From Leptospira sp. (GTDB taxonomy: Bacteria > Spirochaetota > Leptospiria > Leptospirales > Leptospiraceae): a stretch of 64,000 nt of DNA. Both the position numbers and the translations under genes were made by a program. Shown in pieces: positions 9,600-18,915 of this stretch. Where the stretch lies: NCBI GenBank assembly GCA_034439575.1, contig JAWXAQ010000020.1:1-64000 (forward strand). Direction: 5' to 3'. Position 1 is the first letter of the stretch, and every line of letters begins with the position of its first letter. The notes under the pieces are model-generated. The model did no database searches and was not told where the DNA came from. It saw nothing but the letters and a program-made list of their open reading frames with translations.

Positions 9600-11534
9600 T
9601 TGCGATCGTTTAGTTTACTAATATTACCAGCATTAATTTTAGCTGTTTCTTTTACCATCCTCTACCCAAATTTTGCGGAAAGGACATTGAACCTTGCCGT
9701 ACAAAATGAAGTCTATAACCTAGATAAAGAAAATCAGGATAAATTATCCAAAGCATTCTTTGACAAATGGCAAAAAGATTATGGGCTTACATCCAAATGG
9801 GTAATTGAACCAAACAGTGGTTTACCGCCAAAAGAATCACCTTTTTACAAAATTAAAGGAAGATTTATCACTTCAGCAAAAATCAATCAAATGTCTCAAG
9901 AAAACCAATCTTTGGTTTGGGAATCTAAGAATAAATTAGAACCTACTATGATTGAAGAGATGATCAAGGGTGGAAAATCTTTATCCATTAAATTGGGTCT
10001 GGATTTACAGGGTGGAATGCGAGTCGTTTTGAAAGGTGACTTTGAAGATTATACAAGCAAACTCCGAGATATTTATGCCAAAGAGATCGCTGATCAAAAG
10101 TTAATCCTCTCTGATGTTAAAAAAAGTGAAGAGGAAAAGAAAAAGGCTAGTGATCGACTGAACGAAATTGAATCAAACTTTGAACTTTCTCCTATGAGAA
10201 AACTGACTGAACTTGAAAAAGCAAAGATGATCATTGATAATCGTCTAACAAGTCAAAATCTCACTGAGCCACAAGTTCGGATTCAAAAAGAACAAGACGC
10301 GATCGAAGTCTCTTTACCTGGCGTAACGAATTCTGCTGCCATCTTAGAAATACTACAAAATACAGAAACGGTAGAATACCGAATCGAAGAACCAAATCCT
10401 TATGTTTGGCGCTCTCGTATTGAAGAAAATGAAAAACGTTTCATGGAACTGGGAAAGAGAGAAGAAACAGATATTTTTAAATTCCAAGAAATTGTTAAAA
10501 ACAAATTGGGCAAAAAGGCTCAAGATGCGTTTCTTGAAACTCTAGAAAAAAAATACAATATTCCGCCTGAGTATAAATTGTTCGCCTATTGGAGAAGGGG
10601 TGAGTCGGCAAAGTCAACTCTCCTTCCTCGTAGTTTTGCAGTTTTGGAAAGAAGGATCGCTCTTTCTGGAAACGATATGACAAATGCGCAGCCATCCTTC
10701 AATTCCAATAGTTATGGATGGATGGTTAGTTTTACGTTAACACCAAACGGTGCTGAAAAATTCTTTGATCTCACTAGCCAAAATCGTGGTCGTAATCTAT
10801 CCATTGTTTGGGGTGATAAAGTTGTATCAAATCCAGTGATCAATGATCCTATCGCTGGGGGGCGTGCTGAGATTTCTGGAAGTTTCACTCAAGAAGAAGC
10901 TATTCGTTTAGCGAATGTTATCTCGGAAGGTGCATTGCCTATTCCATTGTCTGTATTGGAAATGAGATTTATTGGACCGACACTTGGGATAGAATCTATT
11001 GAAGTCGGGGTTCGGGCAGTCGTAATCGGATTTTTTCTGGTTATGTTATATATGATTTTCTATTACCGTTTAGGTGGATTTTTCGCTGACCTTTCACTAG
11101 TTGCGAATATTATCATCCTTGCGGCATTGTTAACTCTAATGGATTTTACTCTCACATTACCTGGGTTTGCTGGGGTCATCCTTACTGTCGGTATGGCGGT
11201 GGATGCAAATGTGATTATCTATGAAAGGATTCGAGAGGAAATTGAAATTGGACGACCACTCACGATAGCCGTCACGCAAGGATTTGAAAATGCGTTTTGG
11301 ACGATTATGGACTCGAATCTCACTACTTTGATTGCAGGGATATTGATGATTCGTTTAGGAAATGGACCTATCAAAGGTTTTGCGATTACACTTTGTTGGG
11401 GTATCGTAACAACTTTGTTTACATCTTTATTCTTATCTAGACTCTTTATGGAATTACTCGTGAACCGAACGCAAATACGGCATTTGAATTTACGACCTTT
11501 CTTTTTTGGTAAAACGGAAGTAACTCATGTTTAA
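9600..11534 (+). CDS. secD: Protein translocase subunit SecD
   Basis: LGLDLQGG, IGPTLG, TLTLPGFAG...GMAVDANVIIYERIREE, DSNLTT. Confidence 0.97.
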   Translation: MRSFSLLILPALILAVSFTILYPNFAERTLNLAVQNEVYNLDKENQDKLSKAFFDKWQKDYGLTSKWVIEPNSGLPPKESPFYKIKGRFITSAKINQMSQENQSLVWESKNKLEPTMIEEMIKGGKSLSIKLGLDLQGGMRVVLKGDFEDYTSKLRDIYAKEIADQKLILSDVKKSEEEKKKASDRLNEIESNFELSPMRKLTELEKAKMIIDNRLTSQNLTEPQVRIQKEQDAIEVSLPGVTNSAAILEILQNTETVEYRIEEPNPYVWRSRIEENEKRFMELGKREETDIFKFQEIVKNKLGKKAQDAFLETLEKKYNIPPEYKLFAYWRRGESAKSTLLPRSFAVLERRIALSGNDMTNAQPSFNSNSYGWMVSFTLTPNGAEKFFDLTSQNRGRNLSIVWGDKVVSNPVINDPIAGGRAEISGSFTQEEAIRLANVISEGALPIPLSVLEMRFIGPTLGIESIEVGVRAVVIGFFLVMLYMIFYYRLGGFFADLSLVANIIILAALLTLMDFTLTLPGFAGVILTVGMAVDANVIIYERIREEIEIGRPLTIAVTQGFENAFWTIMDSNLTTLIAGILMIRLGNGPIKGFAITLCWGIVTTLFTSLFLSRLFMELLVNRTQIRHLNLRPFFFGKTEVTHV

Positions 11535-12468
11535 TCTAAATTATACAAAATACAAAACTTTCACTATCACAACTTCGTTTTTGATTATTTTTTTGGGATT
11601 TGTTTTCACCTATGTTAAGTTTGGTGGATTTGCACATTCTTTGGACTTCGATGGGGGACTACGTTCTGTTGCAGAATTACCTATTGGAAAATCAAGAACT
11701 GACTTAGAATCTTTTTTCAAAAAAGCAAATATTGAAGCTGTGATCATACTATTGGAAAAAGAAAAAAATATCTATCAAATGGATATTGGTCTCGGTTCTG
11801 TTGGTGCGATTGAAGAAATGTATAAAATGATCCCTGAACAAGAAAGGGAAATCGGAACTTCTTCTATTGATAAGTTTGTGATCACCTTACGTAGAGAATT
11901 CCAATTACCAAAAGAAAAGGTTTTATCTGCGGATCAAGTGGGGGCGGTAGTTGGTGGTGAATTGATGTCCACTGGTATCACTTTACTTCTTACAACACTT
12001 GGGATCATTCTACTATATTTAAGTTATCGTTCTCAATTTAAATTTGCATTGGCATCAGCGATTGCCCTTATCCACGATATTTTGTTTACATTAGCAATGA
12101 TTGGATTTTTTCAAATCAAACCTTCTGTCCCGATCATTGCGGCTTTGTTAACATTGTTAGGATATTCGATCAATGATAAGATCGTTGTCTTTGACAGAAT
12201 CAGAGAAAATTCTCATGGAAAAGATAATTTAGCACTTTCTAATATTATAAATGTCTCCATTTCTCAAACACTTGGCAGAACGATCAATACTTCACTTACC
12301 ACTTTGATTTCTGTGGTTGCCATCCTTGTTGGTGGAGCCGTCGAATTGTATGATTTTGCGATCGTACTGATATTTGGTGTCGTTGTAGGAACTTATTCTT
12401 CCATATTTATCGCAGCACCCATTTCTGAGATCTATGACAATTTCCGCAGAAAAAGAAAATTGGCATAA
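11527..12468 (+). CDS. secF: Protein translocase subunit SecF
   Basis: LDFDGG, GYSINDKIVVFDRIREN, RTINTSLTT, GTYSSIFIA. Confidence 0.97.
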   Translation: MFNLNYTKYKTFTITTSFLIIFLGFVFTYVKFGGFAHSLDFDGGLRSVAELPIGKSRTDLESFFKKANIEAVIILLEKEKNIYQMDIGLGSVGAIEEMYKMIPEQEREIGTSSIDKFVITLRREFQLPKEKVLSADQVGAVVGGELMSTGITLLLTTLGIILLYLSYRSQFKFALASAIALIHDILFTLAMIGFFQIKPSVPIIAALLTLLGYSINDKIVVFDRIRENSHGKDNLALSNIINVSISQTLGRTINTSLTTLISVVAILVGGAVELYDFAIVLIFGVVVGTYSSIFIAAPISEIYDNFRRKRKLA

Positions 12469-12473
12469 ATTAT

Positions 12474-13763
12474 GTGGAAACCAAAAATCTTAAAAAAATA
12501 ATTCAAAAAATTATATCTTTGTCCTTCCTAGCAATGGGAAGGACTTCACCTAATCCGCCTGTGGCGGCAGTTATTTGTGATGATACGGGTAACATTTTAG
12601 TATCCGGAAATACACAAATCACAGGTCTTAACCATGCAGAAAGAGAAGCTTATTTGTTATTTGATAAGAATCATTTTGCAATAAAGTCTGATAAAGAAAC
12701 CAGTTTCATATCTCACCAACTTTTTGTTAGTTTGGAGCCTTGTACTCATTTCGGAAAAACTCCTCCTTGTAAAGACCTGATCCTTCAAAAACATCCAAAT
12801 AGTCTAATTATGGGTTGGCGAGATCCGAATCCCCTCATTGAAACTGGAATTTGGGATGATTATAAAACAGCAAACATAGAAACAAAACTCCATCCCTTAC
12901 TTGCGAAAGGCTCACTACCTTTCCTACATGGCTTTTTTCAAAGGATTAAAAAGAACCGGCCTTGGGTCTTCGTAAAATCTGCCATTACAAGCGATGGATT
13001 TTATGCAGCGAATGATAATCAAAGAATCGCAATCAGTAGTGAAGGTAGTAACTTCTACTTGCAGATGTTACGTGCTAAGTTTGATGCTATCGTAGTTGGA
13101 CCAAACACGATAGAGTTAGATAGTCCAAGTTTGGATTTCCGATTGGATGAAAAATCCTTTTATGCAAAAGGTGAAGTTTCAAAGATAGACTTTGGAAATA
13201 TCTCTGATTTTTTTTCGCACGGCGAACAACTATTGGATTCTTTGTTTTCTGAGTCCAATGCTGAATCATATAGCGAACATTTGGCGGAAATTCATACCTA
13301 CCAACCTTGGCGAATTTTTATCTTAAAAGAAGGTATGAAATTACCATTAGATTTCATACAAAAACAAAACGATCTTAATGAAAAGTATGGAAAAAAACTT
13401 TGTCTATTTTATTTACTAATTTCAGAAAATAGAAACATTACTATCGATGATTCAAATATAAATTCAAATATAAAAGAATTGTTTTCATTAACTGACCATC
13501 CTATTACCAAAATTTCCATGCATGATGGTGAAAAATTTTTGAATCATTTAGCAAAGCTTGGGATCAATACAGTTATCTTCGAAGCTGGTTCCTTTTTATG
13601 GGAATTTATTAAAAATCATATGGACTCAAATGATTGTATATTAACTATCCAAAGTCCCAAAGAATTGAATGAAGGAAAAACATTTTTGGGAATCAATCAG
13701 TACGAAAAACAAGCTCATTTCCAAGTGGGTTCTGATTTATGGCAATTGGAAATGAAAACATAA
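12474..13763 (+). CDS. ribD: Riboflavin biosynthesis deaminase/reductase RibD
   Basis: TSPNPPV, HAE, SLEPCTHFGKTPPC deaminase motifs; divergent C-terminal reductase domain. Confidence 0.88.
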   Translation: METKNLKKIIQKIISLSFLAMGRTSPNPPVAAVICDDTGNILVSGNTQITGLNHAEREAYLLFDKNHFAIKSDKETSFISHQLFVSLEPCTHFGKTPPCKDLILQKHPNSLIMGWRDPNPLIETGIWDDYKTANIETKLHPLLAKGSLPFLHGFFQRIKKNRPWVFVKSAITSDGFYAANDNQRIAISSEGSNFYLQMLRAKFDAIVVGPNTIELDSPSLDFRLDEKSFYAKGEVSKIDFGNISDFFSHGEQLLDSLFSESNAESYSEHLAEIHTYQPWRIFILKEGMKLPLDFIQKQNDLNEKYGKKLCLFYLLISENRNITIDDSNINSNIKELFSLTDHPITKISMHDGEKFLNHLAKLGINTVIFEAGSFLWEFIKNHMDSNDCILTIQSPKELNEGKTFLGINQYEKQAHFQVGSDLWQLEMKT

Positions 13764-13836
13764 ATTTGTGATGATTATATTGAGAATTATTAAATAGAAT
13801 TTAATTCAGATCAAACTAAAATTATAAAGGCAAAGT

Positions 13837-14448
13837 ATGTTCACAGGAATCATTGAAAGTATCGGAAAAGTTATACAAGCAAACCCTATAGCTTCGGGCA
13901 TTGAATTTCAAGTGGTCACTGAATGGGAAAAACCTGACCTACGTATTGGTGATTCGATTTCAATCAATGGGGCTTGTATGACTGTCACCAAATTCGAAGA
14001 AGATGGAAATTCATTTAATTTTTATACATCTTTTAAATCATTAGAACTTACAAATTTATCAAGACTTAGGGAAGGTAGTGCAGTCAACTTGGAAAGAGCC
14101 ATGGCCGTAGGACAAAGGTATGGTGGTCATATGGTGCAAGGTCACGTAGATGGGGTTGGAAAGATCATTTCACGCAAAGTGATTGAAGATAACCAAGTGG
14201 AAGAATTTTGGGTAAACATTCCTTTTGAATTAAAAAAATATTTTGTTAAAAAAGGGAGTGTAACAGTTGACGGTATTAGCCTAACAATAGTAGATGTGGT
14301 TGATGAAAAGTTTCAGTTGATACTCATACCTGAAACTATTCATAAAACAAATGCTAGTGGCTGGGAAAAAGATAAAATTGTGAATTTAGAAGTAGATATT
14401 CTTGCAAAATATATAGAAAACTTTTTAGAATTAAGATTTTCTAAGTAA
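13837..14448 (+). CDS. ribE: Riboflavin synthase (alpha chain)
   Basis: MFTGIIE N-terminus, NGACMTV, VNLERA, GGHMVQGHVD, DGISLT. Confidence 0.96.
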   Translation: MFTGIIESIGKVIQANPIASGIEFQVVTEWEKPDLRIGDSISINGACMTVTKFEEDGNSFNFYTSFKSLELTNLSRLREGSAVNLERAMAVGQRYGGHMVQGHVDGVGKIISRKVIEDNQVEEFWVNIPFELKKYFVKKGSVTVDGISLTIVDVVDEKFQLILIPETIHKTNASGWEKDKIVNLEVDILAKYIENFLELRFSK

Positions 14449-14808
14449 ATCGTCTATATCAGAATCGTCTTCATCATTAGCATATTTGGACTTAAATTCA
14501 TCAGGAGTCATGATTTCAAAAAACATATCAAGTTTTGCTAATTTAAAAACATTTTGAATCATGGGTTTCATGCCGACTAATATCAGTTTGCCTTTTCTGC
14601 TTTTTAAAACATTTAGACTTTTGATGAGTGAGCCGATGCCGGAAGAGTCAATATAGTCAAGTCTTCCCATATCGATGGCAACTACAGATGGATTTGGTTC
14701 AATCACCTTTGCAAAAATTGACTCAAATTCCTCTGTTGACTCAATGTCAAATTTTCCAGAGATCTCAATCGTTTTCACTTTGCCTGCTGTATTTAACTTA
14801 AGTTCCAT
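14431..14808 (-). CDS. STAS-domain anti-sigma factor antagonist
   Basis: LDYIDSSGIG motif with the phosphorylatable Ser. Confidence 0.9.
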   Translation of the reverse strand: MELKLNTAGKVKTIEISGKFDIESTEEFESIFAKVIEPNPSVVAIDMGRLDYIDSSGIGSLIKSLNVLKSRKGKLILVGMKPMIQNVFKLAKLDMFFEIMTPDEFKSKYANDEDDSDIDDLLRKS

Positions 14809-14926
14809 TTGCCCTCACCAATTTGACAATTCTACAATATTTACGACATAAAAATCAATGAATTTCTTAAGGATTCTACTTTAAATCAATCAGCAGTTTA
14901 CAGTCTTAGTATATAGAGGGAAAAAT

Positions 14927-16135
14927 ATGATCCGCCCGATTGAAGAAGCCATTGAAGAAATCCGCCAAGGGAAAATGATCATTCTAGTTGATTCGGAAGA
15001 TCGTGAAAATGAAGGGGATTTGTTAATTGCCTCGAGTTTTGCCGACGCAGACAAAATCAACTTTATGGCGACCTATGGTCGCGGTCTGATTTGCGTTCCT
15101 ATGGAAGCAGAAAGACTTCGAAAACTGGGACTCAGTCGCATGGTCGATGATATTTCCGTGGGAGACAAACATGGAACTGCATTCACTGTCTCCGTTGATG
15201 CCAAAGAAGGGGCAACGACAGGAATCTCCGCTTTTGATAGAGCGAAAACCGTAGAAGTCCTATTAGATGAAAAGACGCAACCCTCCGATTTAGCAAGACC
15301 TGGACATATGTTTCCTTTGCAAGCCGTTGCAGGTGGTGTCCTTCGTCGTGCGGGACATACAGAGGCGGCAGTTGATTTAGCGAAATTGGCGGGCCTATAC
15401 CCAAGTGGGGTGATATGTGAAATTTTGCATGATAACGGGACAATGGCGAGACTACCCGATTTGGAAAAATTCGCAGAAACGCATAAACTAAATATTTATA
15501 CAATTGAAGATTTGATACGATACCGCCAAACACAAGAAAAGCTAATTCATCTAGAAGCCGAAGCCAATCTCCCTACAGAATATGGCGATTTTAAAATTAG
15601 AGCTTATTCTACCCAAGTAGACGATAAAATCCACATAGCATTGATTAAAGGCGAAGTCAATAATGATAAACCGTTTTTAGTTAGAGTGCATAGCGAATGT
15701 TTGACGGGAGATGTTTTCTTTTCCCAAAGATGTGATTGTGGATCACAACTTCATAGCGCGCTTAAAATGATAGAAAAAGAAGGCAGTGGCGCACTCCTTT
15801 ATATGAGACAAGAAGGACGTGGGATTGGTATCATAAATAAATTAAAGGCGTATAGTTTGCAAGAAGGTGGACTCGATACTGTTGAAGCCAACGAAAAACT
15901 TGGGTTCGCTCCTGATTTACGTGACTACGGAATCGGGGCACAAATCCTTCGTGATATAGGAATTAAAAAAATGCGCCTCATCACAAATAACCCGCGTAAG
16001 ATAGTTGGTTTAGAAGGTTATAATTTGCATGTAACTGAAAGGGTTCCCATTGAAATCGAGCCTGTAGAAGGTAACGCACATTACTTGAATACAAAAAAAC
16101 TAAAACTTGGCCACTTACTTAAGTTACATGGTTAA
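14927..16135 (+). CDS. ribBA: Bifunctional DHBP synthase / GTP cyclohydrolase II
   Basis: [38 protein letters not shown]. Confidence 0.97.
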   Translation: MIRPIEEAIEEIRQGKMIILVDSEDRENEGDLLIASSFADADKINFMATYGRGLICVPMEAERLRKLGLSRMVDDISVGDKHGTAFTVSVDAKEGATTGISAFDRAKTVEVLLDEKTQPSDLARPGHMFPLQAVAGGVLRRAGHTEAAVDLAKLAGLYPSGVICEILHDNGTMARLPDLEKFAETHKLNIYTIEDLIRYRQTQEKLIHLEAEANLPTEYGDFKIRAYSTQVDDKIHIALIKGEVNNDKPFLVRVHSECLTGDVFFSQRCDCGSQLHSALKMIEKEGSGALLYMRQEGRGIGIINKLKAYSLQEGGLDTVEANEKLGFAPDLRDYGIGAQILRDIGIKKMRLITNNPRKIVGLEGYNLHVTERVPIEIEPVEGNAHYLNTKKLKLGHLLKLHG

Positions 16136-16272
16136 ATATTGTTTTACAATGATATAAAATTTTGATTCTAATAAGAATACGATTTGAATCAAATAAATTT
16201 CAATATGCCTTGTAATTAATTAAACTATATTATAAATCTTATTTTATTTTTAAAAAGAATTTATATTAAATT

Positions 16273-16914
16273 TTAAGGGCTAAGCCTGTTTCTAGTCCAA
16301 ACATGATCGATTAACTTATATTCTAATCTGTCATGTAACCGACCTTGTCTTCCTTGCCAAAATTCAATCAAATTTGGTTTTAAGCGGTAACCGCCCCATT
16401 TTTCAGGCATAGGTACGTCTTGGCCTTGGTATTTACGCTCCAATTCGGCAAATTTTACTTCCAAGGAATTCCGATTGGGGACTATGGAACTTTGGTTAGA
16501 CGCTAGGGCGCCTAATTGGGATACTCTTGGTCTTTTTGTAAAATATTCTTTCGCATAACTTGTTTCAACCTTGGAAACTGATCCTTGGATGCGAATTTGT
16601 CTTTCTTGGCTTTGCCAAAAAAAAGTAAGAGCGGCCTTGGGATTTGTTTCTAAATCTTTACCTTTTTTCGAATCATAATTTGTGAAAAAAACAAAATCTC
16701 CATCCAGGATTTCTTTTAGCAATACAACTCTCCCTGATGGTTGGCCACTGGGATCAACAGTGGCAAGAAACATCGCATTTGGTTCTTCTTGCTTTTCATT
16801 TTGAGCTAACAAAAACCATACTTTAAAAAAAGCAATGGGGTCAAGACCAGCTTCTTCTTCTGTGAGAGTGTACTTTTCATACGACTTGCGCAAATCTTTC
16901 ATATCATGATTCAT
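16273..16914 (-). CDS. pdxH: Pyridoxamine 5'-phosphate oxidase
   Basis: LRKSY, EPNAMFLAT, RVVLLK, EFWQGRQGRLHDR, RLSP; start set at the ATG behind a GAGGA RBS. Confidence 0.95.
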   Translation of the reverse strand: MNHDMKDLRKSYEKYTLTEEEAGLDPIAFFKVWFLLAQNEKQEEPNAMFLATVDPSGQPSGRVVLLKEILDGDFVFFTNYDSKKGKDLETNPKAALTFFWQSQERQIRIQGSVSKVETSYAKEYFTKRPRVSQLGALASNQSSIVPNRNSLEVKFAELERKYQGQDVPMPEKWGGYRLKPNLIEFWQGRQGRLHDRLEYKLIDHVWTRNRLSP

Positions 16915-17725
16915 AATTGTCCTCAAATAAGCCTTCTAACCCAAGTTTATAGTAAAACACTTTGGCAATGAAAGTAAAAAAGAGAGCGATCGAAAAATAT
17001 ACGCCCATAGGAATCGCTTTGCCTTTGAGACTTTCTCCTTTTTTCCGTGAAAGAAAAGTTATGAGGATGGCGAGAGTATAGGACACATTCAAAAACAACA
17101 TCCAAAAGGGATGACCTGCTAAAAAAGCAAAACAAGGTGCAAAAAAAACATCTCCAAGTCCCATCCCTTGTTTGACTAAAAAATACAAAGCTGTATAAAA
17201 CAAACCAAAACCAAGAAAGACATATAATTCTTCAAAACCAGGGAGCTCATTTGTCAGCGCAAAATTTGCTAAGAGACCAAAAAATAAAATAAACGGTAGG
17301 TTTTCATAATCTAGCGAGAAATAGGTGGCATCCGTATAAATGGAAATCATTAAATGGCCAAGTAAAAATATAAATGAAATGCTAAATAATAAAGAATCCG
17401 TTGCATAAAAGCTGAGAATGCCCGTGATTCCGAATAAAAACTCCGATGTAGGATAATGCCAAGATAGTTTTGTTTGGCAATTTTTACATTTTCCCTTAGC
17501 TAAAAAATAACCTATAACGGGGAGTAAATGATGTGGTGCCACTTTAGTATTACATATTTCACAGTGGCTAGGAATGGTTAAAAGTGAAAAGAGTCTTTTT
17601 GTTCTTGAATTTTGTTTTCTATTTTTGCCATAAAAATAGAGAAGGATTCGTTCCGCAGTCGTTATATAAAAACTACCCATGGAACTCCCAAATACAAATA
17701 ACAAAACATAAAATGAAATTAACAT
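16904..17725 (-). CDS. Prepilin peptidase (A24 family, PilD/GspO-like)
   Basis: Two Zn-binding CxxC (HCEIC, KCKNC), multiple TMs, catalytic Asp candidates in YTD and GMGLGD. Confidence 0.85.
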   Translation of the reverse strand: MLISFYVLLFVFGSSMGSFYITTAERILLYFYGKNRKQNSRTKRLFSLLTIPSHCEICNTKVAPHHLLPVIGYFLAKGKCKNCQTKLSWHYPTSEFLFGITGILSFYATDSLLFSISFIFLLGHLMISIYTDATYFSLDYENLPFILFFGLLANFALTNELPGFEELYVFLGFGLFYTALYFLVKQGMGLGDVFFAPCFAFLAGHPFWMLFLNVSYTLAILITFLSRKKGESLKGKAIPMGVYFSIALFFTFIAKVFYYKLGLEGLFEDNYES

Positions 17726-17741
17726 TTTAGATTTTTTTTCA

Positions 17742-18833
17742 TCAAACGGCTAATTCTTGCAATGCGCTCATTCCTCGTTTTAAGGTATCCCATTCAGTCG
17801 CGAAAGACAAACGAACATAGTTTCTACTCATCGTAAAAATATATCCTGGGACTAGTATGAGTTTTTTCTTCACTGCATTTTGTATAAAATCTTCATCTTT
17901 TTCTTTGACTTTAAAGAAGAAATAAAAAGCTCCGCCAGATTTTTGAATTTCATAATGATCCTTCAAAGAATCGTAAACAAAGTCTCTTTTATCTCTATAG
18001 TCTTGTATGTATGTCGACATATCTGTTTTTAGGGCTTCGATACCTGCCCATTGGGTAATGGATGGAGCGCATACAACCGTATATTGTTGTAAGGTGGTAA
18101 GTGCCTTGATCACTTCTTGTGGCGCAAGGATAGTGGCAAGGCGTAGTCCTGTCATGTTATAGGTCTTGGAAAAACCAGTCAGTGTAATTGTTTTTTCATA
18201 ATCCTTTCCTATGGAATGGAAACCTTTGTCATAATCAAACAATTCATATATTTCATCACTGATTAGGTAAGCACCAGTTTCTTCAGCAAGATTTGCTAGA
18301 TTTGTCAGTTGTTCTTTTGTTAAAACACGACCTGTGGGATTAGAAGGATTTGAATAAATGATGAGTTTGATTTTTTTCTTTCTGAATCCATCCAAGTCGG
18401 ACTTGGCAAATGATTCATCCACAGTGAGTAAATTGGCACCATAAAATTTTAACATAGCATGGTACATCAAAAAGTAGGGAGAGATCACCAAACATTCGTC
18501 ACCTGGATTTACAAGTGCATTGAATAATAAAAATAAAGCCGAAGAAATTCCAGATGTAACAAGGATTCTATCTGGATGCGCATAAGTGATGCCATTTTGC
18601 AATTTGTATTTTTCGGTCATGGCCTCTTTTAGTTCAGGAATGCCACCTGTGAGAGTATAGGCGGTCTTTCCATCCCTAGCGGCTTTATTTAGCGCCTCGA
18701 TGATGTTTGGCGGACAAGGGAAATGAGGCTGACCAATGGAGAGATTGATCGGATTTTCTATACTTCTTGCGAGTTCAAAGGCTTTTCTGATGGGTGAAGA
18801 ATCCAGCCCATTCATTCTATCTGCAAATTCCAT
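17742..18833 (-). CDS. PLP-dependent aminotransferase class I/II
   Basis: INLSIGQP, NPSNPTG, SDEIY, GFSKTYNMTGLRL. Confidence 0.92.
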   Translation of the reverse strand: MEFADRMNGLDSSPIRKAFELARSIENPINLSIGQPHFPCPPNIIEALNKAARDGKTAYTLTGGIPELKEAMTEKYKLQNGITYAHPDRILVTSGISSALFLLFNALVNPGDECLVISPYFLMYHAMLKFYGANLLTVDESFAKSDLDGFRKKKIKLIIYSNPSNPTGRVLTKEQLTNLANLAEETGAYLISDEIYELFDYDKGFHSIGKDYEKTITLTGFSKTYNMTGLRLATILAPQEVIKALTTLQQYTVVCAPSITQWAGIEALKTDMSTYIQDYRDKRDFVYDSLKDHYEIQKSGGAFYFFFKVKEKDEDFIQNAVKKKLILVPGYIFTMSRNYVRLSFATEWDTLKRGMSALQELAV

Positions 18834-18915
18834 ACTATGAATCAAAAATCCCAAGGCTCATTGGTCAATAGAATTTGGTTTACACAAAGACAAAAGGCCA
18901 AAAAGCTGAAGCAAT

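Noticed and set aside
13764-14926. FMN riboswitch near the rib genes
   Set aside because: Intergenic gaps are short and AT-rich with no RFN consensus visible
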